Shown: one piece after another, positions 39,369 through 51,170 of the stretch
How positions within the stretch are numbered: position 1 is the first letter of the stretch
Layout of the letters: the number at the start of each line of letters is the position of its first letter
Origin: Escherichia phage vB_EcoP_PE007
Length of the DNA: 64,000 bases
Direction: 5' to 3' (one strand)
Sequence record: OQ938542.1
Notes under the pieces: model-generated
The model's input: the letters and a program-made list of their open reading frames with translations, nothing else
Told to the model about the DNA's origin: nothing
Database searches by the model: none
Program-made: the position numbers and the translations under genes

Positions 39369-41333
39369 TTACCGATTTTGTCTGGGTTGCATATACTCAG
39401 GCAGTCCTTGTGCCTGACGTAAGTACCGTGCAGCACGTTCTTCATCTTCCTTGGCTCGTGCTCTATCCACACTAGCCTGTGACTGGAAACCTCTTGGAGC
39501 CAGGTTAGCTGGGTCAGCCTGTACTTGTGCCTGTGCAGCTTGGAGCATTGCAGCAGCTTTAGTAACAGCCTCCTGACGTGCAGGTAAAAGAGCAGTAAGA
39601 CCGCTTTGTCCGGTGTTAATCTTATTCTGGGTATTTGCCAGTGCAGCTACAGCAGCATCATATGCAGTCTGTGCCGCCTGAATATTCTGCATAGCTTGAG
39701 CACGACCAAGGTTACGAACACTACCTTCCAGTGGTTCACCCCGTTTCACACCCTCGATTAACTGTTCTACCTGACGGTCATTAAGACGCATACCATTACC
39801 TGCTTCATTGGTAATGAATGGGTTAACTGCATCAATAGCACGACTAATATAACCCTCTGGTACACCAGTCTGTGCACGTTGCATAACAGCAGCAGCCATA
39901 GCAGGTGACATATTCCCACGTTGAGAAATATCGTTCAGTCGATTCAGTACCCAGTTACGGTCAGCACCTTTAAAATCACCCTCCAGCAAACGATTAGCAA
40001 TCTCACCTACTGGGGTATTATCAGTGACAGTACCAAGGAAGTCTGTGTTAAGACTACCAGTGTTATCCTGCATAGAACGAGTACCAATCATACCCTGAGC
40101 CAGAGTAGATACTGCCTGATTACCTTGATTATTCTGAACCATAGCAAGTGGGTCAGCCCCTACTTCAGCTTGAGCAATAACAGGTTTAATCTGTTCCCAA
40201 GTCATATCCTTATAAGCACCTGGGGTAGAGTTAGGCAGAGCAGCCCAAGTATCTTTAAGGTTACCGTTCTTACGAGACTCGAAGATAGCCTTACCAATCT
40301 TATCCTGGTTCTCAGGAGAAAGAGGCTGGCTTTGCCAATCTGAACCAAGAACTTTGGGAGCGAAGTCTTTCAGAGTAGCTTGGTTAATCTGGAATGCACC
40401 AACAGGTGAAGCACCTTGATTCGACTTCATACCATCCTGGTGTTTAATTACATCACCAATACTCATTTGAGTAATAGGGGTAGATGTACCGGCAAACTGG
40501 TAAGTAACATCGTAAGGGGAACCCTGACGAGTACCAGCAGTGCCAGGAGCAGACGCAGCACCTACGCCATTGCCGTATACACCCGGGTAAGTACTAGCCA
40601 GTAAACTCTGTAAACGTGCCTGTGCAACTGGGGACAAGTTCTTACTGTATGCTTCTGCCAACAGACGGGCATCATTAGGGTTCTCAGCACCACGGGTAAT
40701 CTGTGACATTACACCCATAGCTGCCTGACTGTCAGCATCATTACGTTGAGCAACACCTAAATCAAAACGATTCTGTGCCTGATTAATAGCCTGACCACCC
40801 TGACCTTGTAGACGACCCATCATCTCCAGTTGTTGGTCAGCAGGGAGTGCAGACAGTGCATCACGGGTCTGACTTAATGCAGCATTAATACGGTTCTGGT
40901 CACCGGACTGATAAGCCTCAGACAGTAAACGAATAGCCGGGGAAGCATTATCTAATGCAGTGTTAGTATCCTGTAAACGACCAAAGCGATAAGCAATGTA
41001 GTCATTGGTTCCCTGCTGTCCTTGTTGTGTCAGTAATGTACCTGCTCGTTCATCCAGGTTTTGGAGGGTACGTTGATTTACCAGTGAAGGATCAACCCCC
41101 TGAAACAGTGCACCAGATGCCAAAGCATTACGGTACTCATTCGGGTCTTGGTACTGCATAGCATTCATCATGACGGCATTGCCAGCCTCCTGCTTGGCAG
41201 CGTTCTGGAAATTACCCAGTGCATCACTTAAGCCGGAGGTGGCGTTACCAATCATGCTACCAAATGTGCGAATGCTGTCACCAACTCCAGAGAAGTTAGG
41301 TGCATCAACATTTCTCCACGTTATCTGAGCCAT
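39369..41333 (-). CDS. virion protein (N4 gp51-like position)
   Basis: ATG 41333; Gln/Ala-rich; a weak SLT-like GAFQI motif. Confidence 0.5.
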   Translation of the reverse strand: MAQITWRNVDAPNFSGVGDSIRTFGSMIGNATSGLSDALGNFQNAAKQEAGNAVMMNAMQYQDPNEYRNALASGALFQGVDPSLVNQRTLQNLDERAGTLLTQQGQQGTNDYIAYRFGRLQDTNTALDNASPAIRLLSEAYQSGDQNRINAALSQTRDALSALPADQQLEMMGRLQGQGGQAINQAQNRFDLGVAQRNDADSQAAMGVMSQITRGAENPNDARLLAEAYSKNLSPVAQARLQSLLASTYPGVYGNGVGAASAPGTAGTRQGSPYDVTYQFAGTSTPITQMSIGDVIKHQDGMKSNQGASPVGAFQINQATLKDFAPKVLGSDWQSQPLSPENQDKIGKAIFESRKNGNLKDTWAALPNSTPGAYKDMTWEQIKPVIAQAEVGADPLAMVQNNQGNQAVSTLAQGMIGTRSMQDNTGSLNTDFLGTVTDNTPVGEIANRLLEGDFKGADRNWVLNRLNDISQRGNMSPAMAAAVMQRAQTGVPEGYISRAIDAVNPFITNEAGNGMRLNDRQVEQLIEGVKRGEPLEGSVRNLGRAQAMQNIQAAQTAYDAAVAALANTQNKINTGQSGLTALLPARQEAVTKAAAMLQAAQAQVQADPANLAPRGFQSQASVDRARAKEDEERAARYLRQAQGLPEYMQPRQNR

Positions 41334-41345
41334 GGTGGTTTCCTA

Positions 41346-41789
41346 TTAACGGGTTAGTTTATTGGCTGCAATATAAGCATCAGCCGAAGACTGGTCACGA
41401 TTTTCTGCTGTAGCACGGCTACGAGCACGGTCTTCCAGTGCAGTGTTATAAGACTTAATCTGGTTATTCAGGTTAGTGTTAGTAACACTCTTAGTAAAGT
41501 TCAGCTGGTCTTTGGCTAACTTGTTAGCCTGGAAACCACTATAGATACCAGCTAAGGAACCAAGTGCACCGAGTCCTAGTTGGAAGGTGGGTACATTCAT
41601 ACCCAACTGATTAGCTGAACCAGACAAGAAGGAAGTAGGGGAGGCTACTCCTGTACCTGCATTCATACCAATAGCTGCACCCGGATTGTAGTTCATAGCT
41701 GGGGTATTAAAATTCTGATTGTTATTAGACATCCAAGACATAGCAGCTGGCTGTGGGGTTTGGTTGCCTGTTAAGAATGACAAATCCAT
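41346..41789 (-). CDS. virion protein (gp52-like position)
   Basis: ATG 41789 with aggaga RBS (track start 41810 is TTG). Confidence 0.45.
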   Translation of the reverse strand: MDLSFLTGNQTPQPAAMSWMSNNNQNFNTPAMNYNPGAAIGMNAGTGVASPTSFLSGSANQLGMNVPTFQLGLGALGSLAGIYSGFQANKLAKDQLNFTKSVTNTNLNNQIKSYNTALEDRARSRATAENRDQSSADAYIAANKLTR

Positions 41790-41802
41790 AGGGATTCTCC
41801 TG

Positions 41803-44457
41803 TTAAACAAGGTCAGTATTAAGAGTCATATCAGAGTAGCTTCCAATCATGTTTAAAGACATGTCAGCTATATCCGAACCAGTCATGAGAGTACGTGAGA
41901 GGAAAGAATCCATCGACTCCATTGACACAAATTGCATAGGGTCAATTACACCCTGCCCAGCAGTACCAAACATCTCTTCATACTGCTTATTGATTGCCAT
42001 CATATCAGTATTGTACTGCTGCATTACTTTCTCTGCTTTCTGAATAGTAGCAGCCGTAGATGCATTAATATACTGGCTAATACCATTACCTACTGAACTG
42101 GTAAGCTGCATGATGTTCTGAGCATTCATCATTTCACTGGCTAAGGTAGATAAGGATGAACCAGTAGATAGAGCAGTACCAACATTCATAGCTACCATTG
42201 AAGCAACAGCAGCAATGATAAAACCTAGCTTATCACCAAAGAGTGAAGTGGATACTTTAGTGATAATAGATACCAGAATCATTGCAGCAATGGCGTTTGC
42301 TACAGCACCTACTATTACAGCAGCTAATCCAACAAAACCGAGTGACGCCCCAACTGCTCCATATGCCCCAAGTATACCTGCACCACCAGTACCCATAGTG
42401 AATACGGATACAACGACAGCAACCACAACAACCACAATCTTAAAGGCAGATGTTTGATACCACTTCTGCTTAACCTTCTTATATGAGTTCATCACCAAGT
42501 AAGAACAGGCAGTAGATAACTGAGTACTACGAACCAGTGACATTGAACGGTAGATGTTAGTATGTAGTGGAATAATGAACCCACTCTCCTCTGCATCACC
42601 CATTGCTTCGGCAACATCAATATGCACTGACTTATTCTTATATACCCTGTTATTGTGATTTAGACCCAGTACTCTAAGTTTACGATAAGTGTTATTACCA
42701 TCCTGCCAAAGCAGTTCATACTCCTGCATAGAATAGAATGTAGTGGTAACCTCTAACTTCTTAGCTGAACCGGAGTTACTAGCAGTTCGTATGTTCTTGC
42801 GAGTAAGAGTTATATCCCCTGCATACCTGGCTCGAAGTTGTCCTTGCTTAGCACCAGACCATGCTTGCCCTGAGTGGGTAGTTTCAGATACGTAATTCCA
42901 ACCAATGGTCATGTCATACTTGTAATGCTTATTACTATGTACCCTAAATTCTCTCTTAGGTATGACTGGGTATTCTGGCAGTGGTGGAGGAGTTCCAATA
43001 GTGTGCCCTTCAGTCCTATTCCACCATTCTACATATGCATCAACTGCATCATTAGCTGCCTGATAACCTGCAATCACTGCCTCCAAGGTTGGATAGGTTG
43101 GGTCAGGTGGGAATGCTTCAGTAGCCATCTGAAAGAAACGGTAGATGTATTCCTTAGCAGTATCTTCAGGAGTATTAAGAGATACGCCAAATGTGCCATA
43201 AATGTACTGAATATCACCTATATCATCATTCTTCTTAAGCTCTGTTACTACCTTATCAATTTTTCCACCGGTAGCTTTATAAAGAGCTTTCTTACAGTAT
43301 GGATAGATTGGGTCATTCTCTACCCATTGTTTATCGTTCCTGATTGGAATAAATGGATAGAATCGATTATCGGTAGCCTCAGTATCGAACAGTGAGTCTA
43401 GTGCAACGTTACCAGAGTTCTGCTTATAGATAAGCATCTTAGGTGTACCAACAGCAGTCATCTCTGTATCTGTACGAGTAGTCTGGGAGGAATACTTACG
43501 AACCAGTGTCTCTGTGGTTGTAGTGATTGTATCGGTACGAGTAACACCACCACCTATATCAACTACATTGGTAGTTACAGAAGTACTGGATTGAATCTCA
43601 CCAAACTTTTTATGAGTCATTACCCTGTCAGATACAACTACAGTTACGTCATCAGGTTTTTCAGTGAATCCTCTACGGTAAACCTTAATGTAAGAGTTCC
43701 AGTTATCTACACTTGGTTCGGTGACAGTACTGTCTTCATCTGGTCTACCATCAGAATAAACAGAATGAGTCTGTATAGTCTTAGTGAGATTAGTTGTATT
43801 AGCTGTTGTATCACTTGAAACAGTAGTCCATAACAAAGTAGAAGGTAAGTCATCCTCATCATCATAGACAGTAGTCGGTCCCTCTACCGGTGGATTGATA
43901 GACGGGGACTTATAGAATGAGTAATCAGCATAGAGATACAAAGCACCTGGTTCAAAGTTAGTAGGTGTGAATTTAATAGTAGAACCACCATCCAGGGAGA
44001 TCATAGTAATTTCATTAGTATCTTCATTGATGTCTATGTCGAATCGTTCCATGATTCGACTAGGAGCATTTTCATAAAGATATTGGTCACACCATTGCTC
44101 AAAGTCAGCAAAGCCAATTTCTGCTGCCTGAACATAGACAGACTCTCCAGCAGGTGGTGTAATTTGACCCTCTATAACAGTAGGGTCAATCTTAGCCAAT
44201 ACACCCAACGAAGAACCAGCCATACCAACTTCTGAATCATAGTGGTTCTTACTCCAGCTGGAGAACAATCGCATACGAATACCAGGTCCATTCAGATAAC
44301 TATCAGAGATAGTGTCTGCCATAGTGAATCCTGTATTGGAAACAATGTTACCGATGACTACAGTCTTCATATAGTTAGGACGTTTGTGTATATCCCCTGC
44401 CATGTTATAGACAGAGGATGCTACGTATACTTTAGTCTTCCCACTGAATAAGCCCAT
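41803..44457 (-). CDS. large virion protein with hydrophobic Gly/Ala/Val-rich C-terminal region
   Basis: ATG 44457; C-terminal VVVVVAVVVSVFTMGTGGAGILGAYGAVGASLGFVGLAAVIVGAVANAIAAMILVSII. Confidence 0.55.
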   Translation of the reverse strand: MGLFSGKTKVYVASSVYNMAGDIHKRPNYMKTVVIGNIVSNTGFTMADTISDSYLNGPGIRMRLFSSWSKNHYDSEVGMAGSSLGVLAKIDPTVIEGQITPPAGESVYVQAAEIGFADFEQWCDQYLYENAPSRIMERFDIDINEDTNEITMISLDGGSTIKFTPTNFEPGALYLYADYSFYKSPSINPPVEGPTTVYDDEDDLPSTLLWTTVSSDTTANTTNLTKTIQTHSVYSDGRPDEDSTVTEPSVDNWNSYIKVYRRGFTEKPDDVTVVVSDRVMTHKKFGEIQSSTSVTTNVVDIGGGVTRTDTITTTTETLVRKYSSQTTRTDTEMTAVGTPKMLIYKQNSGNVALDSLFDTEATDNRFYPFIPIRNDKQWVENDPIYPYCKKALYKATGGKIDKVVTELKKNDDIGDIQYIYGTFGVSLNTPEDTAKEYIYRFFQMATEAFPPDPTYPTLEAVIAGYQAANDAVDAYVEWWNRTEGHTIGTPPPLPEYPVIPKREFRVHSNKHYKYDMTIGWNYVSETTHSGQAWSGAKQGQLRARYAGDITLTRKNIRTASNSGSAKKLEVTTTFYSMQEYELLWQDGNNTYRKLRVLGLNHNNRVYKNKSVHIDVAEAMGDAEESGFIIPLHTNIYRSMSLVRSTQLSTACSYLVMNSYKKVKQKWYQTSAFKIVVVVVAVVVSVFTMGTGGAGILGAYGAVGASLGFVGLAAVIVGAVANAIAAMILVSIITKVSTSLFGDKLGFIIAAVASMVAMNVGTALSTGSSLSTLASEMMNAQNIMQLTSSVGNGISQYINASTAATIQKAEKVMQQYNTDMMAINKQYEEMFGTAGQGVIDPMQFVSMESMDSFLSRTLMTGSDIADMSLNMIGSYSDMTLNTDLV

Positions 44458-44458
44458 A

Positions 44459-45301
44459 TTAGTTCAGCCCGTTGTTAGTCTTCAGCTTGGTCAAAATGGT
44501 ATCAATACTTGCGTTAGTGAAACCATTAGGAGGATTCAAGCCTTCATCAATAGTCTTCTGTGTAATCCATGCATCAGTAAACAACTTAGATGCTTTGACT
44601 TCTGCATCACGTTGGTAAGAAGTAATCTGTTGAGAGTACAACTCTTTCTGTTTACCTACAGAACCAGTAACAGTAGCACCATCACTACGAGTATCCAGTG
44701 TCTGTGCACGTTGTGCTTCTGTCTGCTCAGTAAGCAATTTAAGCTGTTGAGGTAGCATCTGATTAGCATTAAACAATGCAGCACAATACGTCTCAGACTC
44801 AGTAGCAATCTTCATCTTAGTAAGAGCGTATTCACTCTTAGCAGACAATGCCTGAATCTTAGCCAGTACAAACTGAGCCTTAGAAGTAGCCAGTTGAACA
44901 CGAGCAGTAACTGCCTGAATCTGTGCCATAGCAGCAGCCCAGTATGCCTGGTCACGTCCAAGTAAGAACTGAACAGCATTACTCATGCATGATTCCATCA
45001 TAGCAATGTATGCTTTGGTATATTCACCACCAGTAATACGGTTAGCTTTAAACTCAGCTTTAAGGTGATTGTGAGCAGATTCCATTAATGCATCAAACGT
45101 ACCACTGCCTCCTACTTCACGGGTAGTAAGAGATTCATTGGTTATTTTAGTAATAGCCCCAAAGATTGTAGAATCATCTCCACCAGGGATATCCCATTCA
45201 GGACCAGACATATCAATATCAGGAAGGGTAAAGTCATCACCCTTAGTTAACTCTTCTAGGAGTCGGTTAGCTTCTACCTCAGCAGAACAAGACATAATCA
45301 T
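44459..45301 (-). CDS. virion protein (gp54-like position)
   Basis: ATG 45301; synteny within the structural module. Confidence 0.45.
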   Translation of the reverse strand: MIMSCSAEVEANRLLEELTKGDDFTLPDIDMSGPEWDIPGGDDSTIFGAITKITNESLTTREVGGSGTFDALMESAHNHLKAEFKANRITGGEYTKAYIAMMESCMSNAVQFLLGRDQAYWAAAMAQIQAVTARVQLATSKAQFVLAKIQALSAKSEYALTKMKIATESETYCAALFNANQMLPQQLKLLTEQTEAQRAQTLDTRSDGATVTGSVGKQKELYSQQITSYQRDAEVKASKLFTDAWITQKTIDEGLNPPNGFTNASIDTILTKLKTNNGLN

Positions 45302-45371
45302 TCCTCTTGGTTCAAAAAGAAACGGCCCACGGAGTTACCCCAGTGAGCCGTGTTGAACTGTAGCTTATACG

Positions 45372-46013
45372 TTAATCGTTAAGGCTACCAGCAGCAATCT
45401 GTGCTTGAGCCAGTTGAGCTAATTCAGCTTCAGTCAACGGAGGCAGTACTTCAATGGAGAACTCACGTGCTTCTGTTGCACGGATGTCCGGTAAGCCATT
45501 CTTACCTTTACGAGTCGTAATGTTGATGAACTTGCGTTCTTTAAGGAACTCGTAGATACAGTACGGAATATGATAACCATTGTCGGTTACTTCACCGAAT
45601 GGAACAAACTTACGTACAGTACCCATATATTCGTTAGCTACGGTGATAATTTCACCCGGCAGGTCTTTCTTCTTAGGGTCAAGGTTCTGGATACGTACAC
45701 GAATCAGTCGAGTCTGTTCTGCACGAATCTTCTGACCCAGGGTCATCTTCTTAACGCCAGCTTCTTGTTTTTCGCCAAGTGGGTTAACAGCAGCTTCTTC
45801 AACTACTGGTTCATCTTTTACTTGTGCAGCTTCAATCTTCTCACGAAGCTTCTCAACGGAAATGTTGTTAGAGAACTTGATATTCATCAACGTTGCACGT
45901 TGCTTAAGAACTTCAAGTTCGCTAGGCATTGCAATATCGTTAACGGTATCTTCGTTGCCCTGTACGTTCACTTCTACGTCAGTGGTCGGTTTATCGTTAA
46001 TGCTCATGTTCAT
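45372..46013 (-). CDS. structural-module protein (gp55-like position)
   Basis: ATG 46013; immediately upstream of the capsid gene. Confidence 0.45.
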   Translation of the reverse strand: MNMSINDKPTTDVEVNVQGNEDTVNDIAMPSELEVLKQRATLMNIKFSNNISVEKLREKIEAAQVKDEPVVEEAAVNPLGEKQEAGVKKMTLGQKIRAEQTRLIRVRIQNLDPKKKDLPGEIITVANEYMGTVRKFVPFGEVTDNGYHIPYCIYEFLKERKFINITTRKGKNGLPDIRATEAREFSIEVLPPLTEAELAQLAQAQIAAGSLND

Positions 46014-46080
46014 ATTTCCTGTGGTTCATTTAGTTTTATTAAGAGGGGGACTTATGTCCCCCTTGTTTTATTTCGGACTA

Positions 46081-47283
46081 TTACAGAGGAGCAACAGTCT
46101 TAATCAGAGCCAGACGTTCTGGGCGTTTAACCAGGATACCATAGTACCACTTGATAGAACTGAAGCCAGTTTCACCATACGGGTCGTTACGGTCAGCAGT
46201 TTCTTTACCAGGCATCTTAGTCATGATGGTGAACTTAACAGACTTACCATCAGTCTGGAAGCCAATGGTAGAGAAGGAGTCGTCACCAACTACCAGCATC
46301 GGGAATACGTCGTAGTGTTCCTGACCAGATACCATAGAAGTACGATAACCCGGGTTAGTAGTAACCTGAGCACCAGCACCTGCCCAATGAAGCATCTCAG
46401 GAACCTGGATAATACGGAACTTATCAATACAACCGATTTCACCATTCATCAGAGTACCAGCATCAGCATAGTGCTGAACTTCGATGAATGCTTTATTACC
46501 AAACAGGTCTTTCATCGCTTTCAGTTCTGGAACCAGTTCAGAACCAACGTACATTACACGAGTACCACCAAGTACTTTGGTATCTGTCAGTTTAGAACCA
46601 GTGATGATAGTAGTCTGGGTCGGAGTACGGTTCTCAGTAAGAATCTGGTCAAGACGCATCAGGTTCTTATAAGAAACTACAGACGGGGTAGAACCTTCAC
46701 CAGTGATGGTTGCATCAGAGACAGCAGCACCTGCATACAGTACAGTACCAGCAGCAGCCAGCAAGTCTTTCTGGAGAACAGCTTCAGTCAACTGTACAGC
46801 ACCGTTCATCAGTTCACGAGACAGGTGTTCTTTCAGCTGGTCATCGGAATCAAAGTCCAGAGACTCTTGGGTAAATTCGTAGAAGAAGCCGAACTTATGA
46901 ATGGAACCTTCACGAGCCAGACGAGTGAAGCCTACACGGTTAACACGACCACCATTCTCTGACAGCAGAGGCAGTTTAGAGGTGATGTTACCAACGTCTT
47001 TGGAAGAACCGTACAGGTTACCGTTAACGATGGTAGCACCATTAGCATCAATACCCTGGTCGTTAATGTTCTTATCATCGAGCAGAGGAACGTACTCGTA
47101 CACCTTAACAGTCTTGCCGTAGTTCTTCGGCATGTTAACGGTGTTAGCCAGAGGCATAAAATACTGGTCTTTACGAGACTGAATAATAGCCTTCTTCAGC
47201 CAGTAATAGGTATTCATCTGGTCGGAACCAGCACCATCAATGCTAGATTTCTGACCGTCAATTGGAGCGTTATAGTTTAACAT
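46081..47283 (-). CDS. major capsid protein (N4 gp56-like)
   Basis: 400 aa, between scaffold-like and gp55-like genes and near portal; by size and synteny. Confidence 0.6.
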   Translation of the reverse strand: MLNYNAPIDGQKSSIDGAGSDQMNTYYWLKKAIIQSRKDQYFMPLANTVNMPKNYGKTVKVYEYVPLLDDKNINDQGIDANGATIVNGNLYGSSKDVGNITSKLPLLSENGGRVNRVGFTRLAREGSIHKFGFFYEFTQESLDFDSDDQLKEHLSRELMNGAVQLTEAVLQKDLLAAAGTVLYAGAAVSDATITGEGSTPSVVSYKNLMRLDQILTENRTPTQTTIITGSKLTDTKVLGGTRVMYVGSELVPELKAMKDLFGNKAFIEVQHYADAGTLMNGEIGCIDKFRIIQVPEMLHWAGAGAQVTTNPGYRTSMVSGQEHYDVFPMLVVGDDSFSTIGFQTDGKSVKFTIMTKMPGKETADRNDPYGETGFSSIKWYYGILVKRPERLALIKTVAPL

Positions 47284-47299
47284 ATCATCTCATTCCTGT

Positions 47300-48520
47300 T
47301 TAAAGACTACCCGGTACTGGGAGTTTAGCGAAATCTTCATCACTCATAGCGAGTGGGTTTACAATAGGTGTTGCTTTACGTGTAGCAGCCCGATTAAGGG
47401 AAGCTGCTTTAGCTTGCTCATTGTTAGCCAGAGTCTGCTTAGGTTGTGCTACACGCACTACCGGCTGAACTGCTGGTTTAACTGCTTGTACTGGTTCAGG
47501 CTTAGCTACTTGGTTAAATGCTCCTTGTTGTGCAAGAAGGTTACCAACGTAGTTATAAGCCTGAATAAACGGAGTACCTACCGGAATCTGACCTAACACC
47601 TGAAGACGATTCACTTCATTAGCAATGGTGTCATAAATACCATTCTCACGCTGTTCGTGAATGGTGTGGAGTAAGCCACGATTCTGATAAAGAGCATCTT
47701 TACTGGCAGCATCCCATGTCGAGCTAATAACACCTAATGTAGCTTGTCCTTCTTGAGTAGACTTTAAGTCGTCAATTTCGGTTGCAAAATCTGCTTCGGT
47801 GTCTGTAACACGGTGTTTGCCACCCTGGTAGTTAATTTCCTCTTCTGGATTAAAGTCCAGAGGATCTGTACCAGAGTCTTTCAACAACTTTTTAATGGCT
47901 TCAGGATTCTTCTTATCCAGGTCAATCAGGAAAGAAAGTTTTTCCTCATCCATTAAACCGTTGTTCTGTAGCATCAGCATTACCTTACGGTACGGCTGAA
48001 GTTCTTGCATCTTACGAGTATAGTTAGCACCCATCTGCATCAGGCTAATGGCCTCCTCCGGAGAACGGGGAGTAATCATTTTGCCGTTAGCTTTAAAAGG
48101 AGCCATCAACTTCTCATAACCTTCCTTATAGTTGAAGTCAGCAGGCAGACCTTCAGACTGTTTGCCTTCTTCTTTCTGTTCCTGGCCTGGTTCAGCAGTA
48201 GAAGGTTCAGCTTCAGTAATCGGCTTACCGTTACTATCAACTTCTGTGTCAACAACTTTATCATCAACTTTATCAGAAGTTAAAGAATTTGCTGAATCAT
48301 CTTCATCTGCGTCAGTTTCGGGGGAGGTTTCTTCGGTTGGTAGTTCTTCAACAGCAGGGGTGTCAACTTCTTCATCAGGAGTCTGTACGCCGTTGGTTTC
48401 TGGGTTGTTCTGAGTGGAAGTATCTTCCTCAGCAATAATAGCTGGGGCTTCCATATTCAGAATCTCATCATCCGACATTGCGAGAATGTCGGAAGCTGTG
48501 GTTGCAGCTTCCGTAGTCAT
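47300..48520 (-). CDS. acidic scaffolding-like protein
   Basis: Acidic low-complexity N-terminus, placed between portal and capsid genes. Confidence 0.4.
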   Translation of the reverse strand: MTTEAATTASDILAMSDDEILNMEAPAIIAEEDTSTQNNPETNGVQTPDEEVDTPAVEELPTEETSPETDADEDDSANSLTSDKVDDKVVDTEVDSNGKPITEAEPSTAEPGQEQKEEGKQSEGLPADFNYKEGYEKLMAPFKANGKMITPRSPEEAISLMQMGANYTRKMQELQPYRKVMLMLQNNGLMDEEKLSFLIDLDKKNPEAIKKLLKDSGTDPLDFNPEEEINYQGGKHRVTDTEADFATEIDDLKSTQEGQATLGVISSTWDAASKDALYQNRGLLHTIHEQRENGIYDTIANEVNRLQVLGQIPVGTPFIQAYNYVGNLLAQQGAFNQVAKPEPVQAVKPAVQPVVRVAQPKQTLANNEQAKAASLNRAATRKATPIVNPLAMSDEDFAKLPVPGSL

Positions 48521-48539
48521 AGGAAATATCTCCGGTTAA

Positions 48540-48884
48540 TTATTCGTCTTCAGGTTCAGCACGAACTACATCGAGTTCTTCTTCTACCTGTAGAATAACG
48601 TCAGCTTCACGTTCGCCCATACGAATGGCGAGGTCGAGCCAACGACGTAAGTGACCAGCAGCTTGAGCCATGTTGAGTGCATCTGCACGATTGTTAGCTT
48701 CAAGCAGTGGGTCACCAGACTCTTGCACGTAACGTGCACAATCTTCTACACAGAACTGGCGAAGGATTACTTTACGGAACAGTGGATTCTCCAGAAGTTT
48801 ACGTACATCCTCTGCGTGTGCAACTGCACCTTTAGCAGCTTCCAGTCGATGTTCCAGTCCTGCGATTGTTGATTCTTTACTCAT
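48540..48884 (-). CDS. hypothetical structural-module protein
   Basis: ATG 48884; between portal and scaffold-like genes. Confidence 0.45.
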   Translation of the reverse strand: MSKESTIAGLEHRLEAAKGAVAHAEDVRKLLENPLFRKVILRQFCVEDCARYVQESGDPLLEANNRADALNMAQAAGHLRRWLDLAIRMGEREADVILQVEEELDVVRAEPEDE

Positions 48885-48897
48885 GTGAAGGTCTGCC

Positions 48898-51168
48898 TTA
48901 TAAGTTCATACCAAGAGCCGATGCTGGGTCTTGGCTAGGGTCATAATGTTGGGAACTAAGTGAATAAGTCGGGTCTTGCTGTGCAGCTAAGTCACGTTCC
49001 TGTAAAGAGTTCCCGTTAGTCAAAGCGTTATATCCGACAGCAGCAGATATGTTGGGGGTAGTTTCACCTTCTTTAGTAGGTGTTGTCAACGCCTTAGTTA
49101 TTTGAAGGTTCTGGTTTCCTTGAGATTGTGCTTTTTGTTTTTCCATATCACGAGCATGTTTAGTACCAGATTCCTGTTCCAGATAATCCAGGTCTTTAAG
49201 GTCACCACTAGAAATAGCTTCTTTAGCCTTAGCATTATTGAGTGCAATCTTACTTTTCAACTCTTCATTCTCAAGCTGTGCTTTTTGAATTGCCAATTGC
49301 TTAAGCTGTTCTTCCATAGGGTCTGGTTGTGGTCGCCAGGTACGTAATTCATGAGCAAGGTCTGGCATACGCTTAAGTTCTGCAATTTTAGCTACGAGAG
49401 ATAATGTAATAGTCTGGTCAACTGTATTACCTAACGTTTGAACCATGAAGCTCAAGTCCTGAGATTTCTGGTTATCAATTTCAGCAGTATTAATATCAAC
49501 CTCAATATCGAAATTACCTTTAAGGTCTTCACGGTTAATTTCTACGTACTGTTCATTGGTAATACGTACTACTTCCTTCTCAGATAAGAATACGGCATTC
49601 ATTGCACAAATCTTAGTACCAATGTCTGCCATACCCTTAGCTAATCGACGAAGGATTGCCATCTCACGTTTGGATGCTGCATCGAGTGCACCACGAATAC
49701 CAGCAGCCACATCTCCATAAGCTGCACCAGTTACACCTCCAGAGAATGCTTTAACACCAGTTAGTGCTTCTGCTTCCTGGTTCTGCATCTGAGTCATAAC
49801 TATTGCCGACTGAGGTAACTCAGGGAACTTATGTTCCATAATGGCCTGACTAGGGTTGCCCTGCATTGGGTTATACTCATAGTCTTGTCCGTCATCATAT
49901 CGACGTCGGTTCAGAGTATCTAACATCCCTTTAGGATAACCACGTTGCCCGTTTGCACTTCGACCTAACAGGTCAATCATCCCACGCATAGTTGCACCAA
50001 GAATTGCTTGGTTATCCCCCAACAGTTCAGCATCAGCTTCACCAAAGAGTTCACGTTTACGGGGCATGTAAGGAACAACTACCAGAGGTAACTTACCATC
50101 TGGGAACGGGTTCTTCTCCATACGAATAAGAGTAGAACCAATCCAGGTAGCAACAATTGGTTCCAGTGAACCGTCATCATTAATGTCGTAAAATCCCCAG
50201 TATTCATAAGCAATGACTTTCTTACGAAGTGCATCCTTAAACTGGAAATCACCAGGAGTTTTACTTTCATGGTCTGGGTCTGTCATAGGACTAGAACTTT
50301 CCCAGTCAATCTTATCCAGGTTGTGGTAACGGTCCTTGTTCTTCATGAGGTCTGCTTTGCAAGTCTCAAATGAGATAACTGCATAAAGAGCCTTATCCAA
50401 ATCACCATTACAGCTTGGGTCAATAACTACGTTGTTTGGGTTAAGCATTTCAACAGTAGGTCTGTTAACCAGTGCTTTCTCTACTTCAACTTCAGTAACA
50501 CCTGTCTGGATTGCATAAGTAGCTTCCCCAGTTTCATTGAAGTAATTAACAGCTTCCTTAATATCTTCTGGCATTGTTTCGTCGTACTCACGGGGATTCT
50601 CTGCCTGAAGCTGTAGTGCCTGCTGAAGAATATCTGCTTGTTCTTGGTTCTCAATTGGATACAACTGAAAGACTGGTGTTTCTGTTTTAATCTTAACAGT
50701 CTTACGTTCCCAACCAATACGAGCAATACCAGTACCGTCATCTACGACACTATGTACGTAATCATCCACCAGTTTTACTTTATTAAGCTGGGTACGGAAT
50801 TGGTAGTTAAGAACTAATTCATTCTGACGTGCAGCTAACTCATCTTCAAAAGTAACGGGAGTTACCTTAAAGAGTTTATTAGATGAGAGGAATGGTTCAG
50901 ACAATGGTGCATAACGCCATTCTGCCTGACGGCGAACCAGTCTAGGTTGGACTTGGGAACGCCCCTTCACCTTTGGAGGTTTAGCCTTACCCTTAACTTC
51001 CATCAAGTCATTCCACTCACGAATCTGGGCCATGATTGCATCGTGAGCAGGTTTAGCTGATTCCAAATCACCTTTCAGTAATTGGATACTTGGTTCCTTC
51101 TTCCAGTCCGTTAACTTCTCTGATTGAGCCGGGTCTGGTAAAGGCTTAAAAGTGTCTTGGTGTTCCAT
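48898..51168 (-). CDS. portal protein (N4 gp59-like)
   Basis: 756 aa, position upstream of capsid assembly genes; by size and synteny. Confidence 0.6.
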   Translation of the reverse strand: MEHQDTFKPLPDPAQSEKLTDWKKEPSIQLLKGDLESAKPAHDAIMAQIREWNDLMEVKGKAKPPKVKGRSQVQPRLVRRQAEWRYAPLSEPFLSSNKLFKVTPVTFEDELAARQNELVLNYQFRTQLNKVKLVDDYVHSVVDDGTGIARIGWERKTVKIKTETPVFQLYPIENQEQADILQQALQLQAENPREYDETMPEDIKEAVNYFNETGEATYAIQTGVTEVEVEKALVNRPTVEMLNPNNVVIDPSCNGDLDKALYAVISFETCKADLMKNKDRYHNLDKIDWESSSPMTDPDHESKTPGDFQFKDALRKKVIAYEYWGFYDINDDGSLEPIVATWIGSTLIRMEKNPFPDGKLPLVVVPYMPRKRELFGEADAELLGDNQAILGATMRGMIDLLGRSANGQRGYPKGMLDTLNRRRYDDGQDYEYNPMQGNPSQAIMEHKFPELPQSAIVMTQMQNQEAEALTGVKAFSGGVTGAAYGDVAAGIRGALDAASKREMAILRRLAKGMADIGTKICAMNAVFLSEKEVVRITNEQYVEINREDLKGNFDIEVDINTAEIDNQKSQDLSFMVQTLGNTVDQTITLSLVAKIAELKRMPDLAHELRTWRPQPDPMEEQLKQLAIQKAQLENEELKSKIALNNAKAKEAISSGDLKDLDYLEQESGTKHARDMEKQKAQSQGNQNLQITKALTTPTKEGETTPNISAAVGYNALTNGNSLQERDLAAQQDPTYSLSSQHYDPSQDPASALGMNL

Positions 51169-51170
51169 AG

